Assembly: GCA_046292385.1 (NCBI GenBank)
Contig: JBKBRF010000003.1
Location: 210,231 to 274,230, forward strand
Reading direction: 5' to 3'
From: Armatimonadota bacterium
GTDB taxonomy: Bacteria > Armatimonadota > SYMT01
Length of the DNA: 64,000 nucleotides
Under the pieces are notes generated by a model. It made no database searches. It had not been told where the DNA came from and was given only the letters and a program-made list of their open reading frames with translations. This document shows, piece by piece, positions 41,690 to 51,724 of the stretch; the stretch's first letter is position 1; the number at the start of each line of letters is the position of its first letter. The position numbers and the translations under genes were made by a program.

Positions 41690-43062
41690 TGCTCACCAAC
41701 CTGATGGCGGCGTGGGCGATCCCGGACGTGCGGGCACGGATCCTGTACGTCTTCGGGGCAATCGCCGTGTTTGTGGTCGGGCTCCACATCCCGGTTCCGG
41801 GAGTGGATCTGGACCGCCTGGAGGCGGTGATCCGGGGGCAGGCCCTCCTCGGCTTCCTCGACATCTTCTCCGGCAGCGCGCTTCGACGCTTTACGATCTT
41901 CGCGCTGGGCATCACGCCGTACATCAACGCCTCCATCATCATGCAGCTGCTGGTGGTGGCGGTGCCGCAGTTGGAAGCGATGCAGAAGGAAGGCGAGTCC
42001 GGCCGGAAGCAGATCACCAAAATCACCCGCTACGCCACCGTCGGCCTGGCAATCGTCCAGGCGATCGGTCTGATCGCGATGCTCAGCAACATGGGCGGCG
42101 TGGGCAACCCGATCTTCACCGGCGGACCGCTGGCGATGGCGCAGGTAGTGATCTCGCTGACCGCCGGCACCTGCTTCCTGATGTGGCTCGGAGAGTCGAT
42201 CACCGAGAAGGGGATCGGCCAGGGCGTCAGCCTGCTGATCTTCATCAGCATCATGGCGCGGCTGCCGTGGGACGTGGCGAACACCTATCGCCAGCTCAGC
42301 GGCAGCGGCGCGCTCGGACTGCTGCAGCTTGCGGCGCTCCTGGGGCTGTTCCTCGCCACGGTCGTCGGCATCATCTACGTTACCGGCGGCACCCGGCGGA
42401 TCCCGATCCAGCACGCAAAGCGGCAGGTCGGCAACCGGATGGTGCAGGCCCAGAGCAGCTTCCTCCCGTTCAAGGTGAACACCGCGGGCGTGATGCCGAT
42501 CATCTTCGCGATTTCGCTGATGATGTTTCCTTCGATGATCGCCGGCTGGTTCGTCGACGCGAACAACCCGAACTCGCCGATGACGCGGTTTGCGCAGGGA
42601 GTGCAGTACTGGACTACCCCCGGGCAGAACCACCTGGCGTCGATCGTCTACGGGCTGCTGATCCTGGCGTTCACCTACTTCTATGCGGCGATCCAGATCA
42701 ACATTCCGGAGCTGACCGATAACCTGAAGAAGTACGGCTCGTTCATCCCCGGCATTCGCCCGGGGCGGCCGACCCAGGAGTACCTCGACCGGGTGCTGAC
42801 GCGGATCACGTTTGCGGGCGCCTGCTTCCTGGCGGTGATCGGATTGGTGCAGTATTACATCCCGGCGATCACCGGCGTGTACACGTTCAGCCTGGTTGGC
42901 GGCACCTCATTGCTGATCGCCGTGGGTGTGGCCCTGGACGCGATGCAGAACCTGGAAGCGCACCTGGTGATGCGCAATTATGAAGGGTTCATCCGCCGCG
43001 GCGGCGGCAGCACGTCGGGCCGGCGCCGGAGCGCCGGGGTAGGACCCGCCGGACTGGGATAA
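41689..43062 (+). CDS. secY: Preprotein translocase subunit SecY
   Basis: LGITPYINASII, GVMPIIFA, FIPGIRPG, GGTSLLI. Confidence 0.99.
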   Translation: MLTNLMAAWAIPDVRARILYVFGAIAVFVVGLHIPVPGVDLDRLEAVIRGQALLGFLDIFSGSALRRFTIFALGITPYINASIIMQLLVVAVPQLEAMQKEGESGRKQITKITRYATVGLAIVQAIGLIAMLSNMGGVGNPIFTGGPLAMAQVVISLTAGTCFLMWLGESITEKGIGQGVSLLIFISIMARLPWDVANTYRQLSGSGALGLLQLAALLGLFLATVVGIIYVTGGTRRIPIQHAKRQVGNRMVQAQSSFLPFKVNTAGVMPIIFAISLMMFPSMIAGWFVDANNPNSPMTRFAQGVQYWTTPGQNHLASIVYGLLILAFTYFYAAIQINIPELTDNLKKYGSFIPGIRPGRPTQEYLDRVLTRITFAGACFLAVIGLVQYYIPAITGVYTFSLVGGTSLLIAVGVALDAMQNLEAHLVMRNYEGFIRRGGGSTSGRRRSAGVGPAGLG

Positions 43063-43222
43063 GTCAGCCGTTTCGGCTGGCGAGCGGCCAGCGACTCACG
43101 GAGGGGCGCGGCGCGCGGAGCGTCGCCGCCCCTTCCTTATTGTTTGACGGGAAGCGACCCTTCCCCAGGCTACCTCGACGCCGCGCCGAGACGCGGCCGC
43201 CGAAGATCGAGCGAGGACCTGC

Positions 43223-43879
43223 ATGAGGTTAGTGCTGCTGGGACCGCCCGGAGCGGGCAAGGGAACGCAGGCGCAGTTCCTGACGCAGCGGCTGGGAATT
43301 CCGAAGATCTCCACGGGCGAGATGCTCCGCGACGCAGCGGAGCAGGGCACGATTCTGGGGGTGGAAGCGAAGAAGCTGACCGACCAGGGTCGGCTGGTGC
43401 CGGACGAGGTGGTGCTGGAGATGGTGAGCGAGCGGCTGCAGCAGCCGGACGCCGCCCACGGCTATCTCCTGGACGGATTTCCGCGCACGGTGAACCAGGC
43501 GGAGCGGTTCAAGGAATGGATCCGCTCCCGCGGCGAGGGCCTCGACGCGGTGGTCGACCTGCGGGTGCCGGACGAGGAGATCGTCCGCCGGATCTCGCTG
43601 CGGCGGGTCTGCGCCCACTGCCACGAGTCGTACCACCTGTGCCACCGGGCGCCGAAGCAGCCGGATATCTGCGACGAGTGCGGATCCCCGCTGGTGCTTC
43701 GCGATGACGACCGGCCCGAAGTGGTCCGGGAGCGGCTGCGCGTTTACCATGAGCGCACCGAGCCGCTGCGGGAGTACTACCGGGACGAGGGACTGCTGAT
43801 CGAGCTGGACGGCACGCGGCCCGTGGCGGAGGTCACCGATAGCATCCTGCGCGCGCTGCGGCAGGGCGCCGCCGCCTAG
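43223..43879 (+). CDS. adk: Adenylate kinase (Zn-lid type)
   Basis: GPPGAGKGTQA, LDGFPRT, CAHC...CDEC lid. Confidence 0.98.
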   Translation: MRLVLLGPPGAGKGTQAQFLTQRLGIPKISTGEMLRDAAEQGTILGVEAKKLTDQGRLVPDEVVLEMVSERLQQPDAAHGYLLDGFPRTVNQAERFKEWIRSRGEGLDAVVDLRVPDEEIVRRISLRRVCAHCHESYHLCHRAPKQPDICDECGSPLVLRDDDRPEVVRERLRVYHERTEPLREYYRDEGLLIELDGTRPVAEVTDSILRALRQGAAA

Positions 43880-43934
43880 CGGCCCGGCGGACTGGCTTTG
43901 GAAGTAGCTGGGTAGACCAGTAGATGCGGACGGA

Positions 43935-44735
43935 ATGGGAATGGGGAGAATCGTCTACAAGAACGCGAATGAGCTGGAGAAGATGCGGGCCGCGGGCCGC
44001 GTGGTCTCCGCCGTGCTCGCCGCGCTGCGCGATGCGGTAAAGCCGGGTGTCTCGACCAAAGAGCTGGACCAGATCGCCTTCGACATGATCCGCGAGGCCG
44101 GCGGCACGCCCTCGTTCCTCAACTACCGCGTCGGCGGCTACGTGTTTCCCGCCAGCATCTGCGCTTCCATCGACGAGGAAGTGGTGCACGGAATCCCGAG
44201 CAAAGCGCGCGTGCTGCGGGAGGGCCAGCTCCTCAAGGTGGACGTCGGCGTGCGGCTGAACGGCTTTCACGGCGACAGTGCCATCACCATTCCGGTCGGC
44301 AAAGTCTCCGAAGAAGCGGAGCGGCTCATGCGCGTGACGCGGGAGTCGCTCTGGGAAGGGATCCGCGCGATCCGCTATCGGGGTCGGCTGCAGGACGTGT
44401 CCAAGGCGATCCAGGACCACGTGGAGAAGAACGGCTTCTCGGTGGTCAAGCAGATGGTGGGGCACGGAGTCGGAAAGAAGCTCCACGAGGAGCCGCAGAT
44501 CCCGAATTACGTAGCGCACGGCGCTCCCAATCCGCCGCTCTTGGAAGGCATGACGCTCGCCATCGAGCCGATGGTGAACGCCGGCGTCGACGAGATCGAG
44601 ACGCTCTCGGACAACTGGACCGTGGTCACGGCCGACCGGAAGCAGAGCGCTCATTTCGAGCACACCGTGGCGGTGACCCGCTCCGGATACGACGTGCTCA
44701 CCCTCGGTCCGCACGACTGGGGGCCCTCCGCTTAG
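43935..44735 (+). CDS. map: Methionine aminopeptidase type I
   Basis: VVHGIP, GHGVG..LHEEP, AIEPM, SAHFEHT. Confidence 0.97.
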   Translation: MGMGRIVYKNANELEKMRAAGRVVSAVLAALRDAVKPGVSTKELDQIAFDMIREAGGTPSFLNYRVGGYVFPASICASIDEEVVHGIPSKARVLREGQLLKVDVGVRLNGFHGDSAITIPVGKVSEEAERLMRVTRESLWEGIRAIRYRGRLQDVSKAIQDHVEKNGFSVVKQMVGHGVGKKLHEEPQIPNYVAHGAPNPPLLEGMTLAIEPMVNAGVDEIETLSDNWTVVTADRKQSAHFEHTVAVTRSGYDVLTLGPHDWGPSA

Positions 44736-44875
44736 TTGCTGATGCAGGCGGCAGTTTGCCGGATTCCAGGTTCGCGTCTCCGCGCCGCGCGGGCCGCAAT
44801 CTGCAAGCCGGTACCCTGCAGACCTGTCACTCATGAGTGGGCTGCCGCAGAGGCGGCGACGCGGCAAATCCGCGG

Positions 44876-44904
44876 TTGCTTTGCCTCCCTCGTTTTGCTA
44901 TTCT
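44876..44904 (+). promoter_or_regulatory. Internal promoter upstream of rpmJ-rpsM-rpsK
   Basis: TTGCTT-17bp-TATTCT with a TG extended -10. Confidence 0.55.
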
Positions 44905-44980
44905 AGTCGGGTTGCCAACTTCCCGGTGCGGATTGCGCGGTGCGCGTGAGCGCTTGCGGCGGCCGGAAGGAAGGTGGAAG

Positions 44981-45097
44981 ATGAAGGTTCGACCGTCTGT
45001 GAAGAAGATGTGCGACGACTGCAAGATCATTCGTCGCGAAGGCATTGTGCGGGTGATCTGCAAGAAGAACCCCAAGCACAAGCAGCGCCAGGGATAG
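44981..45097 (+). CDS. rpmJ: 50S ribosomal protein L36
   Basis: [19 protein letters not shown]...HKQRQG. Confidence 0.98.
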   Translation: MKVRPSVKKMCDDCKIIRREGIVRVICKKNPKHKQRQG

Positions 45098-45172
45098 TGC
45101 GCGTCGGCGCGCGCGGCCGGTCCCCGTCGGCCCCTGGAGCGCAGCGCCAGCCAGAGTTGAGGAGAAGCGACA

Positions 45173-45550
45173 TTGGCACGTATTGCCGGGGTGGATCTCC
45201 CTCGCGATAAGCGGGTGGAGATTGCGCTCACTTATATCTACGGCGTCGGGCTGACGACGAGCCAGCAGATCCTCGCGAAGACCGGTGTCGATCCCGACAC
45301 CCGGGTCCGCGAGCTGACTGAAGGCGACGTCGGCCGCCTGCGCGAGGTTCTGGAGCGCGAGTTCCGCGTTGAAGGAGACCTCCGCCGCCAGATCGCGATG
45401 AACATCCGGCGTCTTTCGGAGATCGGCTGTTACCGCGGCATCCGCCACCGGCGGAGCCTGCCCGTGCGCGGCCAGCGGACCAAGACCAACGCCCGCATGC
45501 GGAAGGGTCCGCGACGGGCAGTGGCGGCGCGCCGGAAGAAGGGTAAGTAA
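45173..45550 (+). CDS. rpsM: 30S ribosomal protein S13
   Basis: [28 protein letters not shown] start. Confidence 0.99.
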   Translation: MARIAGVDLPRDKRVEIALTYIYGVGLTTSQQILAKTGVDPDTRVRELTEGDVGRLREVLEREFRVEGDLRRQIAMNIRRLSEIGCYRGIRHRRSLPVRGQRTKTNARMRKGPRRAVAARRKKGK

Positions 45551-45552
45551 GA

Positions 45553-45951
45553 ATGGCTAAGAAGCAGGCCGGTACTCGGCAGCGAGTTAAAGAGAAGCGG
45601 CAGGTACTGCAGGGCCTCGTGCACGTGCAGTCCACCTTCAACAACACGATCGTCACGATCTCGGACCAGAAGGGCGAGGTGCTCTCCTGGGCTTCTGCCG
45701 GATCCGTAGGCTTCAAGGGCACCAAGAAGGGCACTCCCTTCGCGGCGCAGATGGCTTCGGAGAACGCCGCCCGCCGCGCCGTGAACGAGCACGGGCTGAA
45801 GCGGGTCGACGTCTTCGTGAAGGGCCCTGGCAGCGGTCGTGAGACCGCGGTCCGCGCCCTGGCGACCGCGGGGCTGGAAGTGACGCTGATCAAGGACGTC
45901 ACCCCGATCCCGCACAACGGCTGCCGCGCTCCCAAGCGCCGCCGGGTCTAA
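45553..45951 (+). CDS. rpsK: 30S ribosomal protein S11
   Basis: [19 protein letters not shown]. Confidence 0.99.
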   Translation: MAKKQAGTRQRVKEKRQVLQGLVHVQSTFNNTIVTISDQKGEVLSWASAGSVGFKGTKKGTPFAAQMASENAARRAVNEHGLKRVDVFVKGPGSGRETAVRALATAGLEVTLIKDVTPIPHNGCRAPKRRRV

Positions 45952-46161
45952 GATCGATTTCACCGCGGCGCCGCTCCGAGCCTGGAGCGCGGCGGCCGGC
46001 GGGTGAGCTTTACAGGTAGTGAGGCGGTCTCCGTCGCGGTAGCCCGAGCGATCGGGCTTGCACTACCGGGGTGCAATGGGCCTGCGTAAGCGGGTCGACC
46101 ACCCATCGCGGCTGGAGCCCGTCACGAGCTCGGGGCGTATCCCCGAGGAGGTTGTGAGAGT

Positions 46162-46788
46162 ATGGCAGTTTACAGCGGGCCTGTCTGCCGGCTTTGCCGG
46201 CGCGACGGCGTGAAGCTGTTCTTGAAGGGCGAGCGCTGCTACACCAGCAAGTGCGCCATCGAGCGGCGGAAGTACGCTCCGGGCCAGCATGGCCAGCGGA
46301 ACCGCAAGCTCGCGGATTACGGCGTTCAGCTTCGCGAGAAGCAGAAGATGAAGCGGATCTACCGCGTGCTGGAGCGCCAGTTCCGGAGCTACTACAAAGA
46401 AGCGGTGCGCCGGAAGGGCGTCACGGGCGAGATCGTGCTCCAGCTTCTGGAGCTGCGGTTGGACAACGTGGTCTACCGGCTGGGGCTGGGCCTCTCGCGC
46501 CGGCAGGCGCGCCAGATCGTGAACCACGGCCATTTTCTGGTGAACGGGAAGAAGGTCAACATCCCGAGCTACCAGCTCCGGCCGGGCGACACGGTGGCGG
46601 TGGCGGAGGGGAGCCGCCAGGCGGGCGCCATCGTGGAGGCGCTGGCGGCCACGGGCGGCCGGCGCGTGCCGCAGTGGCTGACGCTGGACACCGGGACCAT
46701 GACGGGTCAGGTGACGGCCGTGCCCACCCGCGAACAGATCGACACGCAGGTCAACGAGGCGCTCATCGTGGAGTTCTACTCCCGGTAA
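46162..46788 (+). CDS. rpsD: 30S ribosomal protein S4
   Basis: [27 protein letters not shown]. Confidence 0.99.
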   Translation: MAVYSGPVCRLCRRDGVKLFLKGERCYTSKCAIERRKYAPGQHGQRNRKLADYGVQLREKQKMKRIYRVLERQFRSYYKEAVRRKGVTGEIVLQLLELRLDNVVYRLGLGLSRRQARQIVNHGHFLVNGKKVNIPSYQLRPGDTVAVAEGSRQAGAIVEALAATGGRRVPQWLTLDTGTMTGQVTAVPTREQIDTQVNEALIVEFYSR

Positions 46789-46945
46789 GCCGCGATAACT
46801 CGAGCTTTCACCTGCACCGGGCGGCCCGCCCTCCGGAGAGTGGGCCGCCCCTTATACGGTTTGCCAAGCGCGGGTCCCAGCGTCACGTTATGTTGGGGCC
46901 CTCTGCTGCGTCTCTGGCCGATGCGAAAGCGAGGAGCACGGCAGT

Positions 46946-47950
46946 ATGGAACACCAGGGTCCTAGGATCGAGACACTGGAGCACAACGATACGTACGGGA
47001 AGTTCGTGATCGAGCCGCTGGAGCGCGGGTTCGGGGTTACCCTGGCCAATCCGCTGCGCCGCGTGCTGCTGTCGTCCCTCACCGGGGCGGCGATCACATC
47101 CGTTCGCATCGATGGGGTGCTCCACGAATTTGCTACCATCCCCGGCCTGCGGGAAGACACCACCGACCTCCTGCTCAACTTGAAGGAGCTGGCGATCCAG
47201 GTGGAGACCAACGGGCGGGCGGACGAAGAGGTGCGGACGATCCGCATCGACAAGCGCGGTGAAGGCGACGTGACCGGCGCCGACATCGAGTGCCCGTCCG
47301 GCGTGGAGATTGTCAACCCGGAGGTCCGCATCGCCACGATGTCGGACGAGAACGCGTCGCTCTCCATGGAGATGACGGTCGAGCTGGGGCGCGGCTACGT
47401 GCTTCCGGAGCAGCAGGAGCGGCATAAGGGGCAGATCGGGGTGATCCCGATGGGCTCCGCCTTCTCCCCGGTGCGCAAGGTCAACTTCGCGCTGGAGCCG
47501 ACCCGCGTCGGCAGCCGCTCCGACTACGAGCGGCTGATCCTGGAGATCGAGACCAACGGCACGATCGCCCCGGGAGACGCCCTGGCGGAAGCCGCGCAGG
47601 TGCTGGACCGCTACGTGCGGCTCTTCTTCGACGTGGATAGCACCGAGCGCGAAGCGCGCCCGCTGGACGAAGCTCCGGTGGCGGCGCGTCAGCCCGCGGG
47701 GCAGACCGCGCCGGACGTGCGCATCGAGGAGCTCGACTTCTCCGTGCGCACCTACAACTGCCTCAAGAAGGCGAATATTCAGACCGTCGCCGACCTCGTG
47801 CAGACCTCCGAGGACGAGCTGATGAACATCCGGAACTTCGGCCGCAAGTCGCTGGTGGAAGTTCAGGAGAAGCTGGCCCAGTTCGGCTATACGCTGGCGG
47901 GCGGCAGCAGCACGGTGGGCGCCGGACAGTTGGACGAGGACGAGATTTAA
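46946..47950 (+). CDS. rpoA: RNA polymerase alpha subunit
   Basis: EPLERGFG, LRRVLLSS, SVRTYNCLK, RNFGRKS. Confidence 0.99.
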   Translation: MEHQGPRIETLEHNDTYGKFVIEPLERGFGVTLANPLRRVLLSSLTGAAITSVRIDGVLHEFATIPGLREDTTDLLLNLKELAIQVETNGRADEEVRTIRIDKRGEGDVTGADIECPSGVEIVNPEVRIATMSDENASLSMEMTVELGRGYVLPEQQERHKGQIGVIPMGSAFSPVRKVNFALEPTRVGSRSDYERLILEIETNGTIAPGDALAEAAQVLDRYVRLFFDVDSTEREARPLDEAPVAARQPAGQTAPDVRIEELDFSVRTYNCLKKANIQTVADLVQTSEDELMNIRNFGRKSLVEVQEKLAQFGYTLAGGSSTVGAGQLDEDEI

Positions 47951-47951
47951 C

Positions 47952-48431
47952 ATGCGTCACCGCGTGCAGGGACGGAAGCTCGGACTGCCGAGCGACCAGC
48001 GAATGGCACTGTTGAAGGGCCTGGTCCGCCAGCTCTTCGCCCATAACTCGATCGTCACCACCGAGACCCGCGCCAAGGAAGTGCGGCGGATCGCGGAGCG
48101 GCTGATCACTCTGGCGAAGGAGGACAACCTCCACAACCGCCGGCTGAGTGAGAAGTACCTGGCGACCCACACCCCCGTGCGGGAGGTGAAGAAGCCGCAG
48201 GGCTACAACAAGCTGCACCCGAACCGCAAGACGCAGGTGACGGAGCGGATCAAGGCCCGCAAGCCGGAGCGCACCTACGAGAGCACCGACGACTACGTGC
48301 GCCGGCTCTTCGTGGAGGTGGCACCGCGGTTTGTGGACACCCCGGGCGGATACACGCGGATGTTCAAGATCGGCTTCCGCCGCGGCGATGCCGCGCCGCT
48401 GGTGAAGCTGGAGCTGGCTACGGAGCAGTAG
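47952..48431 (+). CDS. rplQ: 50S ribosomal protein L17 with ~40-aa internal insertion
   Basis: MRHR..GRKL, LITLAK, GGYTR, RRGDAAP. Confidence 0.97.
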   Translation: MRHRVQGRKLGLPSDQRMALLKGLVRQLFAHNSIVTTETRAKEVRRIAERLITLAKEDNLHNRRLSEKYLATHTPVREVKKPQGYNKLHPNRKTQVTERIKARKPERTYESTDDYVRRLFVEVAPRFVDTPGGYTRMFKIGFRRGDAAPLVKLELATEQ

Positions 48432-48434
48432 CGC

Positions 48435-49238
48435 TTGCGCAGGCTGCGTCTGGTCCTGGAATACGACGGGAGCCGCTTCTGCGGGTTCCAGCGTCAGCCG
48501 GACCGGCGCAGCGTGCAGGAGACGCTGGAGACGGCGCTCTCCGGTCCATGCGGGCACCCGGTGCGGGTGGTCGCGGCGGGGAGGACCGATACCGGGGTCC
48601 ACGCCGTGGGGCAGGTGGTCCACTTCGAGACGAGTGGACGGATCCCCGCCGAGCGGCTGGAGCCGGTAGCGAACTCTCTGCTGAACGGAGAGCTGGTGCT
48701 CCGGCAGGTGGAAGAGACCGATCCGCGGTTCCACGCGCGCTACAGCGCCGCGACGCGGACCTATCGGTACTACGTGACAACCAGGCAGCCGACGCCGTTT
48801 GCGGCGCCGTTCGTGCTTTACGAGCCCCGGCTGCGGGAGCACGCGGCGGAGCGGATGGCCTCCGCGCTGCGGCCGCTGACGGGCCGGCACGACTTCGCCA
48901 CCTTCTGCGGCGGGATGGAGACGCACACCACGGTGCGCACCCTCCACTCCGCGCGAGTGCAGAGGCAGGGGGAGCTGCTCCGGGTGGAGTTGACGGCGGA
49001 CGCGTTTCTTCGTAGCATGGTGCGCCTGATCACCGGTATGCTGCTGGAAGTCGGCCGCGGACGGGCGGAGCCGGAGTCGCTCCTGCAGGCGCTGGAGCGG
49101 AGAGACCGCGCTGCCGCCGGGATGGCGGCGCCGCCGCACGGGCTGTTTTTGAGGCGGGTGGACTACCCGGACGGGTACCCGCCGCAGGTGTCCGCGGAGC
49201 CGGTGGGCTTCGCTGAAGAATGGACCGGCGTGCCCTGA
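48435..49238 (+). CDS. truA: tRNA pseudouridine(38-40) synthase
   Basis: [40 protein letters not shown]. Confidence 0.96.
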   Translation: MRRLRLVLEYDGSRFCGFQRQPDRRSVQETLETALSGPCGHPVRVVAAGRTDTGVHAVGQVVHFETSGRIPAERLEPVANSLLNGELVLRQVEETDPRFHARYSAATRTYRYYVTTRQPTPFAAPFVLYEPRLREHAAERMASALRPLTGRHDFATFCGGMETHTTVRTLHSARVQRQGELLRVELTADAFLRSMVRLITGMLLEVGRGRAEPESLLQALERRDRAAAGMAAPPHGLFLRRVDYPDGYPPQVSAEPVGFAEEWTGVP

Positions 49239-49266
49239 CGGGCGCCGGACAGGGAGATCGAGGTCA

Positions 49267-49692
49267 ATGAAAACGTTCGTGGCGAAGCCGGAGACGGTCC
49301 AGCGCAACTGGCTGGTGATCGACGCCGCCGGGAAGCCGCTTGGCCGCCTGGCGGTAGAGGCCGCGCGCATCCTGCGCGGCAAGCACAAGCCGACCTTCAC
49401 GCCGCACGTGGACACGGGCGATCACGTGATCATCGTGAACGCCGACCAGGTGCTGCTCACCGGCAGCAAGTCGGAAGAGCGGATCTACTGGCACTCGCAG
49501 TATCCGGGCGGCCTCAAGTCGGTCACGAAGGGCGCGATGCGCGAGAACAAGCCGGAGCGGCTGGTGGAGCGCACGGTGAAGGGGATGCTCCCGCACAACA
49601 AGCTGGGCGCCCAGATGTACCGTAAGCTCAAGGTCTATGCCGGGCCGAGCCATCCGCACGAGGCGCAGCAGCCTCAGACGCACGAGTTCTAG
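49267..49692 (+). CDS. rplM: 50S ribosomal protein L13
   Basis: [28 protein letters not shown]. Confidence 0.99.
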   Translation: MKTFVAKPETVQRNWLVIDAAGKPLGRLAVEAARILRGKHKPTFTPHVDTGDHVIIVNADQVLLTGSKSEERIYWHSQYPGGLKSVTKGAMRENKPERLVERTVKGMLPHNKLGAQMYRKLKVYAGPSHPHEAQQPQTHEF

Positions 49693-49711
49693 GATCGGGA
49701 GGAGTAGATAG

Positions 49712-50110
49712 GTGGAAGAGACCCTCAGGTATTACGCCACCGGTCACCGGAAGAACGCCACCGCCAAGGTGTGGCTGATCCCGGGTGGCACGGGCACCAT
49801 CACCGTTAACGGTCGCGAGCTGCCGGCCTACGTGCAGCGCCGCACCCTGGAGCAGATCGTGCAGCAGCCGTTCTGGCTCACCGAGACCGAAGGCCAGTTC
49901 GACGTGAAGGCCAAGGTGCTCGGCGGCGGGATCTCCGGCCAGGCCGGTGCCCTGCGGCACGGCATCTCCAAGGCGCTGATCATCGCCAATCCGGAGCTTC
50001 GCCCGCCGCTGCGACGCGGCGGCTTCCTCACCCGCGATCCGCGCGTGAAGGAGCGGAAGAAGTACGGACGCAAGCGCGCCCGGCGCGGCTTCCAGTTCAG
50101 CAAGCGCTAA
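49712..50110 (+). CDS. rpsI: 30S ribosomal protein S9
   Basis: [25 protein letters not shown]. Confidence 0.99.
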   Translation: MEETLRYYATGHRKNATAKVWLIPGGTGTITVNGRELPAYVQRRTLEQIVQQPFWLTETEGQFDVKAKVLGGGISGQAGALRHGISKALIIANPELRPPLRRGGFLTRDPRVKERKKYGRKRARRGFQFSKR

Positions 50111-50382
50111 GATCGGCTTCGTCCCGAAGACGGCGTTTCTCGCTCCGTACTCTGGTGCAGCTCATGTGCCGGGGTGCGGAGCGTTCGCGCGTCGGCTGCC
50201 CGGCGTGCCGCTCGCCGGGCCGATGGAACGCCGGCCGCTTCCCAGGCGTCCTTTAGACCGGCACCCGCGCAGAGCTTCCCCGTCCGGCGAGGGTCCGCTC
50301 ACTTTGCCGCCGGGCAGGAGTCGGGCTCCTTCCTCCCGAACGGGGGCGGGAGCCTTCGCTTTTCATCCCCGGAGTAGGCCCC

Positions 50383-51381
50383 GTGTCGACGCGTCTCGTC
50401 AGTCTCGCATGCCTCGCTACCGCCGCGCTTTCCGTCGCGGCCGGGGCGGACCTCCGCGTCAAGCTGGCGCCCGCTAAGCCGCCGGAGCCGAGCCCGGCTC
50501 CCGCCGCGGCCGCGAAGAAGACGACGAAGCCGGCCGCCAGGAAGCACGTCGTTCCGGAGGCGCTGCGGACCCCCACCGCCTCGCGAGGCGTGCTCTCGTC
50601 TCGCTCCATGCCGCAGGTCGTCGGCGTCCGCCGGCGCGGCGGGCCGCCGGTGCTCCCGAACCCGGACGCCCCCGCCCCCGCGCCGCAGCCACAGCCGCGC
50701 CCAGCCAAGGCCGCGCCGGTGGAGGTGAACGCGCGCCTTGGCCGGATGCGCGGCCCGGTGACGGTCCACCGGATGCCGGATGCCGGCTCGGAGCGCGTGG
50801 GGCAGGTCGACACCGGCCAGAGCGTGGCGATCGTGAGCCAGTGGGAAGGCTGGTACGCGGTCATCATGGGCGACGGCAGCCAGGCCTACGTGCCGCAAAC
50901 GCACGTGGAGCTGCTGCCGTTCCAGGTGCGGAGCGTGGTCCCGACGGGGGCGGAGAAGCAGCAAGCCGCGGCGCCGACCCTGCAGCACGTGGGGCCGGAG
51001 ACCGCCGGCTGGAACCGCGCGCTGGCGGAGACCGTCATCTCGGAGGCGCGGGGCTACGAGGGAGTCCGCTACGTCTGGGGCGGGAACGACTCGCGCGGTC
51101 TCGACTGCAGCGGCCTGGTGAAGAACTGCTTCGCCGCCGCCGGGATCGGCCTGCCGCGGACCGCCAGCCAGCAGGCGAACGTCGGCTACGACGTGCCGTT
51201 CGACCAGCTCCTGCCGGGCGATCGCCTCTACTTCTCCGTCAAGCGGCAGTTCGACCACACCGGGATCTACATCGGCGAGGGATACTTCATCCACGCCTCC
51301 TCGTCCCGGAAGAAGGTCACCATCGACCACCTCTCCACGCCGCTCTACTACCGCAGCCTGGAAGCGGCGCGCCGGATCTAG
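50383..51381 (+). CDS. Secreted SH3 + NlpC/P60 cell-wall peptidase
   Basis: Signal peptide, Pro/Ala-rich linker, SH3b-like segment, YVWGG..GLDCSG, HTGIY, FIHAS. Confidence 0.9.
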   Translation: MSTRLVSLACLATAALSVAAGADLRVKLAPAKPPEPSPAPAAAAKKTTKPAARKHVVPEALRTPTASRGVLSSRSMPQVVGVRRRGGPPVLPNPDAPAPAPQPQPRPAKAAPVEVNARLGRMRGPVTVHRMPDAGSERVGQVDTGQSVAIVSQWEGWYAVIMGDGSQAYVPQTHVELLPFQVRSVVPTGAEKQQAAAPTLQHVGPETAGWNRALAETVISEARGYEGVRYVWGGNDSRGLDCSGLVKNCFAAAGIGLPRTASQQANVGYDVPFDQLLPGDRLYFSVKRQFDHTGIYIGEGYFIHASSSRKKVTIDHLSTPLYYRSLEAARRI

Positions 51382-51712
51382 CGTATTCCGTATCGCGTAT
51401 TGCGTAGCGGCGGGCTTTCCGGGGTTTGCGCTGCCGTCCTGCCGGGCGGGACGCATGCAAGCCGTCTCTCCCCGCAGAGGTGACCGTTAACCGGACGAGC
51501 TTTTCACCAGGCGCTGCGCCGCAAGTCGATCCGAGCTTGTCGCCACCTTCGCTAACCGAATACTATTGAGACAGAGCGGCTCCGGTAATTCACCGGGGCC
51601 GTACGCTTTGGTAGTGGCCAGCAGGGGCCTCCGCCCGGCACGACGTGCTGTGAAGTGGAGAGAGCAGCCCGCTACGCAATACGAGCTACGCAATACGCAG
51701 ATACGCAATACG
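51382..51712. repeat. Inverted heptamer-repeat element (MITE-like)
   Basis: 15-bp perfect IR cgtattgcgtagcgg (51396-51410) / ccgctacgcaatacg (51669-51683) plus extra tacgcaa copies. Confidence 0.65.
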
Positions 51713-51724
51713 AAAGGACCTGGC

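Noticed and set aside
46058..46076. Palindrome ttgcac-N7-gtgcaa upstream of rpsD as a regulator site
   Set aside because: A single short palindrome with no second copy; it cannot be distinguished from an ordinary leader hairpin.
51382..51712. CRISPR array or tRNA in the repeat-rich intergenic regions
   Set aside because: Units are 7-8 bp without unique spacers, there are no cas genes, and I saw no tRNA cloverleaf or T-loop motif.
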